Positions 29,061-40,940 of a DNA stretch of 64,000 nucleotides are shown piece after piece. The notes beneath the pieces were generated by a model that did not search any database, was not told the origin of the DNA, and saw nothing but the letters and a program-made list of their open reading frames with translations. The translations under genes were made by a program, and so were the position numbers. How positions within the stretch are numbered: position 1 is the first letter of the stretch; each line of letters opens with the position of its first letter. Source of the stretch: Kiritimatiellia bacterium (GTDB lineage: Bacteria > Verrucomicrobiota > Kiritimatiellia > RFP12 > UBA1067); contig JBMNFY010000001.1 of NCBI GenBank assembly GCA_050949565.1, positions 64,001 through 128,000 on the forward strand, written 5' to 3'.

Positions 29061-31472
29061 CTAGATGAAGAGTGTGCTTTGGCTGTGCTTGGCCATTTCG
29101 ACGAAGCTGGCGACGCCCACGACTTCGTCGATCTCGATCAACTCGTCGCGCGTGATACCCATGACGTCCATCGCCATCTCGCACGCGACGAACCGGACAC
29201 CCAGTTCGCGGGCCTGCCGGATGAGGTCGGGGAGCGGCGTGACGTTCTGGTCGGCCATCACCCGCTTCATCATGAGCGCCCCCATGCCGCCCATGTTCAT
29301 CTTGGACAGTGCCAGCTTCTCGGTGCCCTTGGGCAACATCCAGCCGAACATCCGTCCCATCAGTGTCTTCTTGACTGGCGGCGCGGGATTTTTCCGCAGG
29401 ACGCTCAAGCCCCAGAAGGTGAAGAAGATGCCCACCTTGCTTCCGGAAGCCGCCATGCCGCAGGCGATGATCAGCGCGGCCATCACTTTGTCCAGATCAT
29501 TGCTGAAAAGGACAAGCGCCGCGCCGTGCTCGTCTGCTGTCTTTGTCGGTACGGGGGCATCCGCCGGAAGCGCCTTCCGGATCACCGCTTCAAGGTGCGT
29601 GGCTTTCTTTTCCAGGCTGAGCAGTTCGTTGCCGGTCGAGGCGATCCAGTTTTTCAAGTCCGGTTCGAAGGAGAGCTGCGCCAGCAGGCGCAGACTCGCG
29701 CCCGCGTCCCGCTCGTCAAGTGTCTGTTTGATCCGTACCACGGGTCCTGGGCAGGCAAGGGCGCGGACATCAAGCACTTCGGCATCGGTCGCGAGGGGAG
29801 CAGCGTTTTCAGTTGGCTTTGGGGCGGCGGTTTTGGGGGTCGGCGTGAACGGCGCGGGATGGAAGTAGGTCCAGGTCGTATAACCGCCCGACAAGTTGCT
29901 GACGCGGTAGCCGTTCTGGCGCAGAATACGCTCGGCGAGATAACCGCGCATACCGACCCGGCAAACGGTCACGATCTCACGGGCGGTGTCGAGTTCTTTG
30001 ATACGATCACGGAGTTGACCGAGCGGGATATTCGTGGAGCCGGGAATGGCGCCTAGCGCGACCTCCTCGGGCTCGCGAACGTCCAGAATCAGGGCGTCGG
30101 CGGGGATTTCATCGCCATGCGTCAGGTAGGTGTCGCCTTTGAGCACGTTGTCGGCGATCATGCCGGCAAAATTGACAGGGTCTTTGGCTGAGTTGAATGG
30201 CGGCGCATAGGCGAGTTCCAGGTCGGCGAGTTCTGGCGCGGTGGCGCCGCGGCACATCGCGACGGCGATCGTGTCAAGGCGCTTGGCCACGCCTTCGTGG
30301 CCGACCGCTTGCGCGCCGAGGATCTTGCCGTCGTGACCGAACAGCAGTTTGATGTGGAGCTGCGACCCACCGGGGTAATAGGTGGCGCAGGAGGCGGGGT
30401 GGTTGTAGATTTTATGGTAGGGGATTCCCATTTGCTTCAAGCGACGCTCGGTGAACCCCACGCTGCCGGCGGCCAGCGTGCCTACTTTGAGGACAGCGGT
30501 CCCGATGCTGCCGCGGTAACGCGATGTACGGCCGACCAGATTATCGGCGACGATGCGCGCCTGCTTGTTGGCAGGGCCGGCCAGCGGAATTGCCGTCTTG
30601 CCGCCGAGGATTGGGTCATTGACTTCGATTACGTCGCCTGCCGCATAGATGCTGGGATCAGAGGTCTGCAACGTGTCGTCGACGATAATGTGGCCGCGGG
30701 GGCCGACATCGAGTCCGGCGGCCTGCGCCAATTCGGAGTTGGGTTTCACGCCGACGCTCATGACCACAAGATCCGCCGGCAGTTTCTCGCCATCGTCCAG
30801 AACCGCGTGGAAGGCATCCGCAGACTTCTCGAACGCCGTAACCTTGCGCGCCAACCGCAGGGCGATGCCTGCCGAGGAGAGTTCTTGTGCCAGCGTGGTG
30901 GACATCTCTTTGTCGATTGTCGGCAACACTTGGTCGGAGAGTTCAACGAGGGTCACGTCGAGTCCCCGCTCGTTGAGATTTTCGGCGATCTCCAGTCCGA
31001 TGAAGCCCGCCCCGACGACCACGGCTGTCCGTGCGCCGCCATCGATGGCGGCAATGATGGAGTCCATGTCCGGAATCGTCCAGAGCCGCATGACGCGCGG
31101 ATCGTCAGAGCCGGGGATGTCCATCATGACCGGGGACGAGCCTGTGGCCAGAACCAGCTTGTCATAACTCTCTTGGTAGGTTCCCGTTTCGCTTCGGACC
31201 GTCACCTTTTTTGCGGCGCGGTCGACGGCGATCACCTCGCTTTTCGTGCGGACGTCCACGTTGAACCACGTCTTGAAGCGGTTCTCGGTCATCACCATCA
31301 GTGCTTCGCGCTGGGGGATGACGCCGCCTACATGGTAGGGCAGGCCGCAGTTCGCGTACGAGATGAATGCGCCGCGCTCGAACATCATGATCTCGGCCGA
31401 CTCATCCAGCCTACGCAATCTTGCGGCCACACCCGCTCCCGCTGCCACGCCGCCTACAATGACTGTCTTCAT
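29061..31472 (-). CDS. CoA-disulfide/persulfide reductase-rhodanese-TusA/SirA-DsrE fusion
   Basis: VGGVAAGA, SYANCGLPY, GAGFIGLE, LAYAPPF; rhodanese VCRVGMRG; TusA ACPGPV; DsrE2 FFTFWGL, ACEMAMDVMG. Confidence 0.9.
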   Translation of the reverse strand: MKTVIVGGVAAGAGVAARLRRLDESAEIMMFERGAFISYANCGLPYHVGGVIPQREALMVMTENRFKTWFNVDVRTKSEVIAVDRAAKKVTVRSETGTYQESYDKLVLATGSSPVMMDIPGSDDPRVMRLWTIPDMDSIIAAIDGGARTAVVVGAGFIGLEIAENLNERGLDVTLVELSDQVLPTIDKEMSTTLAQELSSAGIALRLARKVTAFEKSADAFHAVLDDGEKLPADLVVMSVGVKPNSELAQAAGLDVGPRGHIIVDDTLQTSDPSIYAAGDVIEVNDPILGGKTAIPLAGPANKQARIVADNLVGRTSRYRGSIGTAVLKVGTLAAGSVGFTERRLKQMGIPYHKIYNHPASCATYYPGGSQLHIKLLFGHDGKILGAQAVGHEGVAKRLDTIAVAMCRGATAPELADLELAYAPPFNSAKDPVNFAGMIADNVLKGDTYLTHGDEIPADALILDVREPEEVALGAIPGSTNIPLGQLRDRIKELDTAREIVTVCRVGMRGYLAERILRQNGYRVSNLSGGYTTWTYFHPAPFTPTPKTAAPKPTENAAPLATDAEVLDVRALACPGPVVRIKQTLDERDAGASLRLLAQLSFEPDLKNWIASTGNELLSLEKKATHLEAVIRKALPADAPVPTKTADEHGAALVLFSNDLDKVMAALIIACGMAASGSKVGIFFTFWGLSVLRKNPAPPVKKTLMGRMFGWMLPKGTEKLALSKMNMGGMGALMMKRVMADQNVTPLPDLIRQARELGVRFVACEMAMDVMGITRDELIEIDEVVGVASFVEMAKHSQSTLFI

Positions 31473-31523
31473 GTTATGGACCTCTTTTTAAAAAATGACT
31501 TCTCGTGCGTTGAAAAAGGCGGG

Positions 31524-31553
31524 AGTATATATCATAAAATCATGATATGTCAA
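31524..31553 (-). promoter_or_regulatory. sigma70 promoter containing a palindromic operator (likely ArsR site)
   Basis: Minus strand TTGACA-18-TATACT; ATATCAT-N6-ATGATAT at 31529-31548. Confidence 0.65.
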
Positions 31554-31744
31554 TACGTCGCGAAGTGCTGAATAATAAAACACCAAAAAAGTTCTTGTCT
31601 TCCTCTCCCTTTTCACGTTACCATGCAACTGCAACTATGCTTTAGCTCATGTTACTGCCGTTTTCTCGAAGGAAAGGCTGACCGTGAACAGCAGCGCCAC
31701 GAACAACAACGACACTGCATCCAGTTTTGCGTGCCAGTCCCGCG

Positions 31745-31776
31745 CTTTGCGTCTCCGCGTCTCCGCGTCTCCGCGC
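31745..31776 (-). repeat. (ACGCGGAG)-type 8-mer tandem repeat
   Basis: ctttgcgt-ctccgcgt-ctccgcgt-ctccgcgc; variant of the 10536 repeat. Confidence 0.75.
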
Positions 31777-31902
31777 TCGTGCGCCTCCTCCTTTTTTCCC
31801 GGAACCGCGCGCGACGGCATGACGCTCACCGTACCGTTTGCCACAGATGAACCCCGTGTTTTACTGAGGATTTTGGCACAGTGAATGAGCGAGGAAAAGA
31901 AA

Positions 31903-31957
31903 GGACAAGAGGCAAGAGACGCGAGACCCCTCGTCTCTCGTCTCGCGTCTCTCGCCC
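31903..31957. repeat. GAGAC-heptamer hairpin, site 1
   Basis: ggacaagaggcaagagacgcgagac-ccctc-gtctctcgtctcgcgtctctcgccc, then ctcaactgaaaggaacacc and ATG. Confidence 0.85.
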
Positions 31958-31978
31958 TCAACTGAAAGGAACACCGCC

Positions 31979-34900
31979 ATGAGACACACACTCCTCACCG
32001 TGATGGTTGCCGCCTTTGCCGCCGTCGCGACCGCCGCTCCCGTCGGCGTCTCCGTCAACGGCGTCACGCTCGATTCCGGCGGCTCGTCCGGCGAAGGCTG
32101 GAAGTACTACGCGCCCCACATCACGCTCACGAACGCGGGACCCTTCACGATTTCCGGCACCAACAAGACGAGCCAGGTGCGCGTCGTCGTCCAGCAGGGC
32201 GTGACGTGCGACGTGACGCTTTCGAATCTGGTGATCGAGGCGCTCGGCAGCAGCGGCCAATGCGCCTTCACGCTGGAGACCAACGCCTGCGTCTCGCTCT
32301 TCCTGGCGGGGAGCAACGCGCTCCTCTCGGGCGACAACCGCGCGGGTCTTGAAGTCGCGGGAGGGCGGACGCTCTCCATCAACAGCGCCCCCGGCGACGA
32401 CGCGGGCGCGCTGACGGCGACGGGTGGAAAGTACGCTGCGGGCATCGGCGGCAACAACAAAAACGAGAGCGGCATGATCACCATCCACGGCGGACAGATC
32501 ACTGCGTATGGCACCGACGGCGCCGCAGGCATCGGCGGCGGATCTCAAGGCGCAGGGGGTACGACAACCATCAACGGCGGACACGTCTCCGCATCCAGCA
32601 CGGGCACCTACGGCGCGGGCATCGGCGGCGGCTACTACCGTGCGGGGGGCACGATCACCATCAACGGCGGCACGGTGATGGCGCAGGGCGGCCGCCTGAG
32701 CGCAGGCATCGGCGGCGGCTACTACCACAGCGGCCCCGCCGGCACGGTCGCCATCAACGGCGGCACGGTCACGGCCACGGGCGGCAACAGCGGCGCGGGC
32801 ATCGGCGGCGGCAGCAGCAGCCAGGGCGGCACAGTCAACATTTCCGGCGGCGCGGTGACGGCACAGGGCGGCACCTATGCCGCAGGCATCGGCGGCGCCT
32901 ACGGCGGCGCCGGCGGCCATGTCGCCATTTCCGGCGGCAGGGTGACGGCAACGGGCGGCACTTCCGGAGCCGGCATCGGCGGCGGCGCCTACGGCGGGGC
33001 GGGCGGCACGGTCATGATCTCCGGCGGCACGGTCGCGGCAACCGGCAGCAACGGCGCAAGGGACATCGGGCCGGGGCAGAACGGCACCGTCTCGGGCGCG
33101 AACACCTTCACCGGCGGCTCGATCGGCCTCGGCGCCACATCGGCCTTCCACGCGCCCTCGAACGCCACGGCGCAGGTCTTCTGCGCGTCGCTGGCGGGCT
33201 TCGCGCCCGGCGGCGCGGTCGCCATCATCGGGGCTGCCCGGCAGTATCGGCGCGAACGATCATCGTCGCCGACGCCGACGGCTGCATCCACCTCTGGCTC
33301 CCGAACGGCGCCCACATCTTCGACGGCGAACGGGAACGCGAACGCACGGTGACGATCCAGGACGGCGTCGCGCCCACCGGCGTGACGGTCAACGGCCAGG
33401 AGATCGCCACCGCCCCGGCGGCTGCCCGGCGCGGGCTGGGCCTACGACGCGCCGAACCGCACGCTCTCGCTCACGGGCGCGGGTCCCTTCACGCTGTCGG
33501 GCACCAACGTGGTCGGCGGCGTCCGCGTCGTCGTGTCGAGCGGCGTCGTCAAGCCGGTCACGCTCGCGAACCTGACGCTCCGCATGACGGGCAGCGGCCA
33601 ATGCGCCTTCATGCTGGGGACAGGCGCCAACGTATCGCTCGTCCTCGCGGGGACGAACGCGCTCGCCTCCGGCTACAACTGCGCGGGCATCCAGGTCGAA
33701 TCAGGCCGGACGCTCTCCATCACCAACGCGCCGGGCGACGACGCGGCCGCGCTCTCCGTGACGGGCGGCCGCAACGCCGCCGGCATCGGCGGCGGCAACA
33801 GCGTCAACGGCGGCACGGTCAACATCCTTGGCGGCATCGTCACAGCGGCCGGCGGCAACGGCGCCTCGGGCATTGGCGGCGGCTTCAAGGGTGCGGGCGG
33901 CACAGTCAACATCGCGGGCGGCACGGTGACGGCTCAGGGCGGCAACTACGCCTCGGGCATCGGCGGCGGCGGGGAAAAGACCGGCGGCACGGTCAACATC
34001 TCCGGCGGCCGGATCGCGGCGCTCGGCGGTAGCCGGGGCGCGGGCATCGGCGGCGGCAGCTACGACGGGACCGGCGGCGCGGGCGGTGCGGTGACGATCT
34101 CCGGCGGCACGGTCTTCGCGCAGGGCAGCGACGGCGGCATGGACATCGGGCCGGGCCGCGACACCACGATCTTCGGCGCCAACACCTTCACCGGCGGCTC
34201 GATCCGCCTGGCCGACGCCTCCCTCGCCCCCATCCCCCGGAACCACAACGGGAAGGCGGTCTTCTGCGCGACGGTGGCGGGCTTCGAACCCGGCGCGCAG
34301 GTCGTCACCACGGATCACGGCAATCTGCCGGCCTACTACGGCACGGCGGACATCGTCGCCGACGACGGCGGCAACATCCACCTCTGGATCCCCAACGGCA
34401 CCTACACCTTCACGGCCAACGGAAGCACCTACACGGTGGAGCTCGACGACACCGCCGGGGCGACCGGTGTGACGGTCAACGGCGACGAGGTCGCCTTCGG
34501 TTCCGACGACCCCGCCGCCGGCTGGACCTACGACGAGGCGGCCGGCCTGCTCCGGCTCACGAACGCGGGGCCGTTCACGATTTCCGGCACCAACACGGAG
34601 GGCAAGGTGCGCGTCGTCGTCAATGCCAATCTGGCTCCCGCAGTCACGCTCTCGAACCTGACGCTCCGGACGTCCAGCGACGATCGGTGCATCTTCACGC
34701 TGGGGTCGGGGGCGAACGTGTCGCTCACGCTCGCGGGGGCGAACGAGCTCGCCTCCGGCAGCGGACGCCCCGGCATCTGGGTCGAGGCGGGCGAGACGCT
34801 TTCCATCACCAACGCGCCCGGCGACGACGCGGCCTCGCTCGCCGTGACGGGCGGCGGCAACGGCGCCGGCATCGGCAGCGGCACGCAAACTGCGGCCGGC

Positions 34901-37495
34901 ACGGTCAACATCTCCGGCGGCACGATTACGGCCACGAGCGGCACATGCGCCGCAGGCATCGGCGGCGGCCAGGGAAAGGCGGGCGGCACGGTCAACATCT
35001 CCGGCGGCACGGTCACGGCCGTCAGCACCTACTCTGGTGCAGGCATCGGCGGCGGAATGAGCGGCGCGGGCGGCACGGTCAACATCTCCGGCGGCGCGGT
35101 CACGGCCACCGGCGACAACGGCGGCGCGGGCATCGGCGGCGGGAAGAGCCGCGCGGGCGGCACAGTGACGATTTCCGGCGGCAGGGTCACGGCAACGGGC
35201 CGCAGCGGCGGCGCAGGCATCGGCGGCGGCACGGGTAGCGCAGGCGGCGCGACGGCCATCTCCGGCGGCACGGTCACGGCGGCGGGAAGCTACAGTGCCG
35301 CAGACATCGGGCCGGGTGACGGCAGCACGGACGCCAGCGCGAACACCTTCACCGGCGGCTCGATCCTGCTCGTCAACGACAGCATTGCACTCGCCCCCTC
35401 GAACAACACGGATCCGGTCTTCTGCGCCACGCTGGCGGGCTTCACGCCCAACACCGCCGTCGCCATCACAGGGCTGGCGGAATACGGCGTCACGGACATC
35501 GCCGCCGACAACGGCGGAGCCATCCACCTGTGGCTCCCGGACGGCGACTACAATTTCACGGCCAACGGGTGGCGCTTCGTGGTAACGATCCAGGACGGCG
35601 TCGTCCACATCCTCGGCTCCACGGGCGTGACGGTCAACGGCGAGGAGATCGCGTTCGGTTCGGCGGATCCCGCCGTCGGCTGGATCTACGACGAGGCAAC
35701 CGGCCTGCTCCGGCTCACGAACGCGGGGCCATTCACGCTTGCCGGCACCAACACGGAGGGCAAGGTGTGCGTCGTCGTGCCGCAGGGCGTGACAAACGAG
35801 GTCACGCTCTCGAACTTGGTGCTCCAAGCTTCAGACGAAGACCAATGCGTCTTCGCACTGGAGACGAATGCCGTCGTCTCGCTCTCCCTCGCGGGAGAGT
35901 GTGATTTGACGTCGGCGGATTACCGCGCGGGTGTCGAAGTGCCGGCGGGTGCGTCGCTCACCATCACCAACGCGCCCGGCGACGATGCAGGCGCACTGAC
36001 GGTGACGGGCGGCTATGGCGGTGCCGGCATCGGCGGCGGCTATGATGCCAACGGCGGTGCGGTGACCGTTAACGGCGGCACGCTCACGGTCACGGGCGGC
36101 TTCGCCGGTGCGGGTATCGGCGGCGGTTATAACTACAGCGACATCCCCAACGCGGATACCGACTCGGGCGGCATGGTGACCGTCAATGGCGGCGCGATCA
36201 CGGTGACGAGCGGCAACTATGCGGCCGGCATCGGCGGCGGCGCCTTTGGCGGTGGCGGTACGGTGACCGTCAACGGCGGTGTCGTGACGGCGACGAGCGG
36301 CTATGGCGGCGCGGGCATCGGCGGCGGCTACAATGGTATCGGCGGCGCGGTGACCATTAACGGCGGTGCGCTCACGGCCACGGGCGGTTACGCCGGCGCG
36401 GGCATCGGCGGCGGTTATAATTACAGCAACATTCCCAATGCCGAAACCAACTCGGGTGGTACGGTGACCATCAACGGCGGCACGGTGTCGGCAATCGGCG
36501 GCCGATATGCCGCCGGCATCGGCAGCGGCGACTATGGCGGTGGTGGCACAGTGAACATCTCCGGTGGCACGGTCACGGCCACGGGTGGCTTCGACGGCGC
36601 GGGCATCGGCGGCGGCTATGATGGCCAAGGCTGCACGGTGACAATCACCGGTGGCGGGGTTTCCGCAACCGGCGGCGACTATGCAGCCGGCATCGGCGGC
36701 GGTTACACTTACAATAGCACCGCCGCTACCGCCGCTGCGGGCGGCACGGTGGCGATCTCCGGCGGACGCGTCATGGCGACCGGCGGCCGGTACGCCGCGG
36801 GCATCGGCGGCGGCTCCGGCTGGACGGTTGAAGGCGGCGATGGCGCGGATCTGACCGTCGCAGGCGGCACGGTCTTCGCCACCGGCGGCGCGGACGGCGG
36901 CCCGGGGGTCGGTAGCGGCGTCGGCAATGTAGGAAACGGCGGCTCTGCGCCGCACGTTTCCGGCACGTGTACCTTCACCGGCGGTTCCATCCGCATCGAC
37001 GGCGGCTATGCGGCGACTGACCCTACCGATGGCGAGGCGCGCGTCTGGTGCGTGACGGTGACGAATCTCGTGCCCCATGCGGCGGTCACGGTCACATCGC
37101 TCGGCACCTACGGTGTCAACGACCTCTTCGCCGACGAAAACGGCAGGCTCTACCTCTGGCTGCCGGATAACGATTACACTTTCACGGCGGGCGGCTTCGG
37201 CTACACGGCCGCTGTGAACGGCGCGGATGCGACGGCGACACTCTACCTCGCGGCGCCGGCCTTCGCCACGGACGGCTCGGCGATTGTTGTCAGCGGCACG
37301 ACGCTCTCCATCACGATCGCCAACGCCCAGAGCGGAGCTTATTACACGCTCTACGGGGCACCCGAGCCCGGCGGGCCTTGGACGCCGGAGCAGAGCGTCC
37401 CCGCGACGGTGGACGGCACCCTCACTTTCACGCTCTCCAACATGACAGCGCCCAAACGCTTCTTCAAGGTGGAGGCCAGCACTGACCAGCCATAA
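31979..37495 (+). CDS. giant secreted Gly-rich beta-helix-like repeat protein (AGIGGG repeats, four modules); clustered frameshifts ~33230-33440
   Basis: Signal peptide; modules start GVxVNG..GWxY, contain (A/S)GIGGG..GTVxIxGGxVTAxGG repeats and end FTGGSI...LWLP; C-terminus KRFFKVEASTDQP. Confidence 0.75.
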
Positions 37496-37514
37496 GATAG
37501 AGAGGCTTGCAGAT

Positions 37515-37563
37515 GTGGCACGGGCATCTTGCCCGTGTTTCATGGGCGGGACGCCCATGCCAC
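37515..37563 (+). repeat. 49-bp REP-like double hairpin (copy 2)
   Basis: Identical to copies 1 and 3. Confidence 0.9.
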
Positions 37564-37588
37564 GGGGGAGCAAGAGCCTCCAGCGAAA

Positions 37589-37664
37589 GGACAAGAAACA
37601 TGCGACAAGGGACAAGAGGAGACATGAGACGAGAGACCCCTTTCTTGTCTCACGTCTCTTGCCC
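37589..37664. repeat. GAGAC-heptamer hairpin, site 2
   Basis: ...gacaagaggagacatgagacgagagac-ccctt-tcttgtctcacgtctcttgccc. Confidence 0.85.
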
Positions 37665-37694
37665 TGGCTCTCACATCAAACCCAAAGGAACACC

Positions 37695-40600
37695 ATGATG
37701 AATGCGAAAACCATTTTGACACTTGCTTGTTCGGGCCTGTTTGCCGCCACCGCCACCGCCGCCTCCACCGGGGTGACGATCAACGGCATCATGCTCGACG
37801 ACGCCGTCTCGACCAACGACATCGGCTGGGCGTACGAGTCGGCCACCTCGAACCTCGTGCTTTCCGGTGCGGGCCCCTTCACGCTTTCCGGCACGAATAC
37901 GGAAGGGGCTGTGCGCGTCGTGGTCCCGACGGATGTGACGAACGAGGTCACGCTCTCAAACCTGACGCTCCAGGCACCGTGGAATGTCGTAACGCATTAC
38001 TGTCCCTTTGCACTGCAATCGAACGCCGTCGTCACGCTCTCCCTTGCAGGGACGAACACGCTCACGGCCACGGCGTACCGCGCGGGTCTCGATGTCCCGA
38101 TCTACGCGGAGATCACGATCACCAACGCGCCCGGCGATGACGCGGCATCGCTCACCGCACAGGGCGGCGCCTACGGTGCGGGCATCGGCTCATCCCACCG
38201 CGCAGATGCCGGCAAAATGGTTTTTTGCGGCGGTGTCGTCACGGCCACCGGCGGTAGCGACGCCGCAGGCGTCGGCGGATGCGGCACCGACAACCGAGCG
38301 GAATCCAACGGCGGTCGAGGCGGCGTGGTGTACATTTACGGCGGCACGCTTGCCGCGACGGGCAGCGGCTACAGCGCGGGCATCGGCAGCGGTTACCGGC
38401 GCGCCCTGGGCGTGGTGCGGATTTGGGGCGGCACGGTGACGGCCATCGCCGGCAACATGGGTGGCCCGGGCATCGGCGGCGGTGCCGGCGACAGCCAAAA
38501 CAGCGCCATGCACGGCGGAAAGACATACATCTACGGCGGACACGTCACCGCGACCGGCAGCAGTTACGGCGGCGCGGGCATCGGCGGCGGCTACAACGGC
38601 CCGTGCGACCCGATAACCATTACCGGCGGCACGGTGCTGGCAACGGGGCTGGGAGGCGCCTACGACATCGGACGGGGACGCGACTCCAAAAACCCCACCT
38701 ACGTCCCCCAATTCACCGGCGGCTCGATCCGCCCGGGCACCTCTGAGGTCGCACCCACGCCCAACAACGGCTCGGCAACAGTCGCCTATGTGGTGTGGTC
38801 CGGCTTCGAGCCGGGCGAACCCGTCGTTTTCCCCGCCTTCGGCTCGGGGCTCCCGGACTATTACGGCACCCATGACATTTTTGCCGACGAGGCCGGGTGC
38901 ATCTACCTCTGGTTCCCGAACGCCCGCGACAAGACCTATACGCTCGTGGCCAACGGATGTACCAATACGGTCGCGATCAAGGACGGCGTGGGATCCTCCG
39001 GCGTGACGGTCAACGGCGTGGACGCCGTTTTCGGGCCGCAGGGTTACAACGAGGGCGGCTGGTCCAACTCGAGCCGCGACATCAGGCTGTTCGGCACCGG
39101 CCCGTTCGTCGTCTCGGGCGCCAATGCGGCCAGCGGCGTCCGTTTGGTCGGCACCGCCAACGCGATGAACACGGTGGTCCTCTCGAACCTGACGCTCGGC
39201 GCGGGCGGCGACAGCCGATCCGCGCTTCTGCTGGAATCGGGCGCCAACATGACGCTTGTCCTCGAAGGCACGAACACCCTCTGGTCCGGCCCCAAGCGCG
39301 CGGGCATCGGCGTGGGGGCGGGACGGACGCTCTCCATCAACAACGCGCCCGGCGATGACGCGGCAACGCTCGTCGTCACAGGCGGCAGCGGCGGCGCTGG
39401 CATCGGTGGCAACCGATACCTCGACGGCGGCACCGTGACCATTTCCGGCGGACGGGTGCTTGCCACCGCCGGTACCAGCGGCGCGGGCATCGGCGGCGGC
39501 TCGGACGGCTCGGGCGGTTCGGTGACCATCTCCAACGCCACGGTCATCGCCATGAGCGACGCCGGCGGCGCGGGCATCGGCGGCGGTGTTGATGGCAACA
39601 ACGGCGGTACCGTCGTAATCGCCAGCGGCACGGTCACCGCAACGAGCCGCACCGGCGCGGGCATCGGCGGCGGCTCGGGGGGATCGGGTGGCTCGACGAC
39701 GATTTACGGTGGCACCGTTACGGCCACGAGCACCGGCGGCGGCGCGGGCATCGGCGGCGGCTACGATTACGGCGGCACCGGCGGTACGATCACGATTATC
39801 GACGGAAACGTGACCGCGACCGGCGGCGACGGCGGCGCTGGCATCGGCGGTGGCTACATGGGCACCGGCGGTGCCATCACGATTTCCAACGGCGTGGTGA
39901 CCGCCACGGGCGATGGCGGCGGCGCGGGCGTCGGCAGTGGTGCATATAGTGGTGATTTTGAAGACGGCTATACCGTGACAATCGCCGGCGGGCAACTCAT
40001 GGCCGCAGGCGGCGCGGGCGGCGCGGGCATCGGCGGCGGCGACAGGGGTGCCATCGGCACGGTCGCGATTTCCGGCGGTACCGTCGCGGCGACGGGCGAT
40101 GACGGCGGCGCGGGCATTGGCGGCGGCTCAGGCCCCTACAACGCCGGCGGCACCGTCAACATCTCCGGCGGCAAGGTGACGGCGACAGGCGATAATGGCG
40201 GCGCAGGCATCGGCGGCGGAGCCTGCTTCTTCTACTCCGGCACCACCGTCACGATCTCTGGCGGCACGGTCGCGGCACAAGGCTCCTTGGAGGCGCAGGA
40301 CATCGGTTCTGGTCACAACGAATACGGTGGCGGCGGTGTGAGCAGCATGGAGATGACACCGGGTAACCAAGATGACGGGCCCGGCACGAACACCTTTACC
40401 GGCGGCTCGGTCTATCTCGCGAACGACAGCATCGCCCCCGCACCCAGCAACGACACGGATCCTGTCTGGTGCGTGACGGTGACGAATCTCGTGCCCCATG
40501 CGGCGGTCACGGTCACATCGCTCGGCACCTACGGCGTCAACGACCTCTTCGCCGACGAAAACGGCAGGCTCTACCTCTGGCTGCCGGATAATGTTTACTC

Positions 40601-40916
40601 TTTCACGGCGGGCGGTTCCGGCTACACGGCTGCCGTGAACGGCGCGGATGCGACGGCGACACTCTACCTCGCGGCGCCGGTCTTCGCTGCGGACGGCTCG
40701 GCACTCGTCTTCAGCGGCACGACGCTCTCCATCACGATCGCCAACGCCCAGAGCGGGTTTTATTACACGCTCTACGGGGCACCCGAGCCCAGCGGGCCAT
40801 GGACGCCGGAGCAGAGCGTCCTCGTGACGGCGGACGGCAATCTCGTTTTTGAAAGCATTGACGCGGCGGCTCCCAGGCGCTTCTTCAAGGTGGAGGCCAG
40901 CAGTGACCAGCCGTAA
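37695..40916 (+). CDS. secreted AGIGGG-repeat protein, paralog 2 (two modules)
   Basis: SD aaggaa; MMNAKTILTLACSGLFAATATA signal peptide; ends RRFFKVEASSDQP. Confidence 0.8.
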   Translation: MMNAKTILTLACSGLFAATATAASTGVTINGIMLDDAVSTNDIGWAYESATSNLVLSGAGPFTLSGTNTEGAVRVVVPTDVTNEVTLSNLTLQAPWNVVTHYCPFALQSNAVVTLSLAGTNTLTATAYRAGLDVPIYAEITITNAPGDDAASLTAQGGAYGAGIGSSHRADAGKMVFCGGVVTATGGSDAAGVGGCGTDNRAESNGGRGGVVYIYGGTLAATGSGYSAGIGSGYRRALGVVRIWGGTVTAIAGNMGGPGIGGGAGDSQNSAMHGGKTYIYGGHVTATGSSYGGAGIGGGYNGPCDPITITGGTVLATGLGGAYDIGRGRDSKNPTYVPQFTGGSIRPGTSEVAPTPNNGSATVAYVVWSGFEPGEPVVFPAFGSGLPDYYGTHDIFADEAGCIYLWFPNARDKTYTLVANGCTNTVAIKDGVGSSGVTVNGVDAVFGPQGYNEGGWSNSSRDIRLFGTGPFVVSGANAASGVRLVGTANAMNTVVLSNLTLGAGGDSRSALLLESGANMTLVLEGTNTLWSGPKRAGIGVGAGRTLSINNAPGDDAATLVVTGGSGGAGIGGNRYLDGGTVTISGGRVLATAGTSGAGIGGGSDGSGGSVTISNATVIAMSDAGGAGIGGGVDGNNGGTVVIASGTVTATSRTGAGIGGGSGGSGGSTTIYGGTVTATSTGGGAGIGGGYDYGGTGGTITIIDGNVTATGGDGGAGIGGGYMGTGGAITISNGVVTATGDGGGAGVGSGAYSGDFEDGYTVTIAGGQLMAAGGAGGAGIGGGDRGAIGTVAISGGTVAATGDDGGAGIGGGSGPYNAGGTVNISGGKVTATGDNGGAGIGGGACFFYSGTTVTISGGTVAAQGSLEAQDIGSGHNEYGGGGVSSMEMTPGNQDDGPGTNTFTGGSVYLANDSIAPAPSNDTDPVWCVTVTNLVPHAAVTVTSLGTYGVNDLFADENGRLYLWLPDNVYSFTAGGSGYTAAVNGADATATLYLAAPVFAADGSALVFSGTTLSITIANAQSGFYYTLYGAPEPSGPWTPEQSVLVTADGNLVFESIDAAAPRRFFKVEASSDQP

Positions 40917-40918
40917 GA

Positions 40919-40940
40919 CAAGAGACATGAGACAAGAGAC
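40919..40940 (+). repeat. heptamer repeat, left boundary of the four-helix-bundle cassette
   Basis: caagagacatgagacaagagac; contains ATG 40927. Confidence 0.85.

Noticed and set aside
31647-31991. Small ORFs in the 31.6-32.0 kb intergenic region
   Set aside because: Translations largely derive from 8-mer and heptamer repeats. A short hydrophobic peptide cannot be excluded but is unsupported.
33701-39995. Long antisense ORFs (708, 594, 601 aa) and similar shadow ORFs such as 16913-18523 and 1062-2231
   Set aside because: Shadows of GC-rich, codon-biased genes on the opposite strand, with no recognisable motifs.
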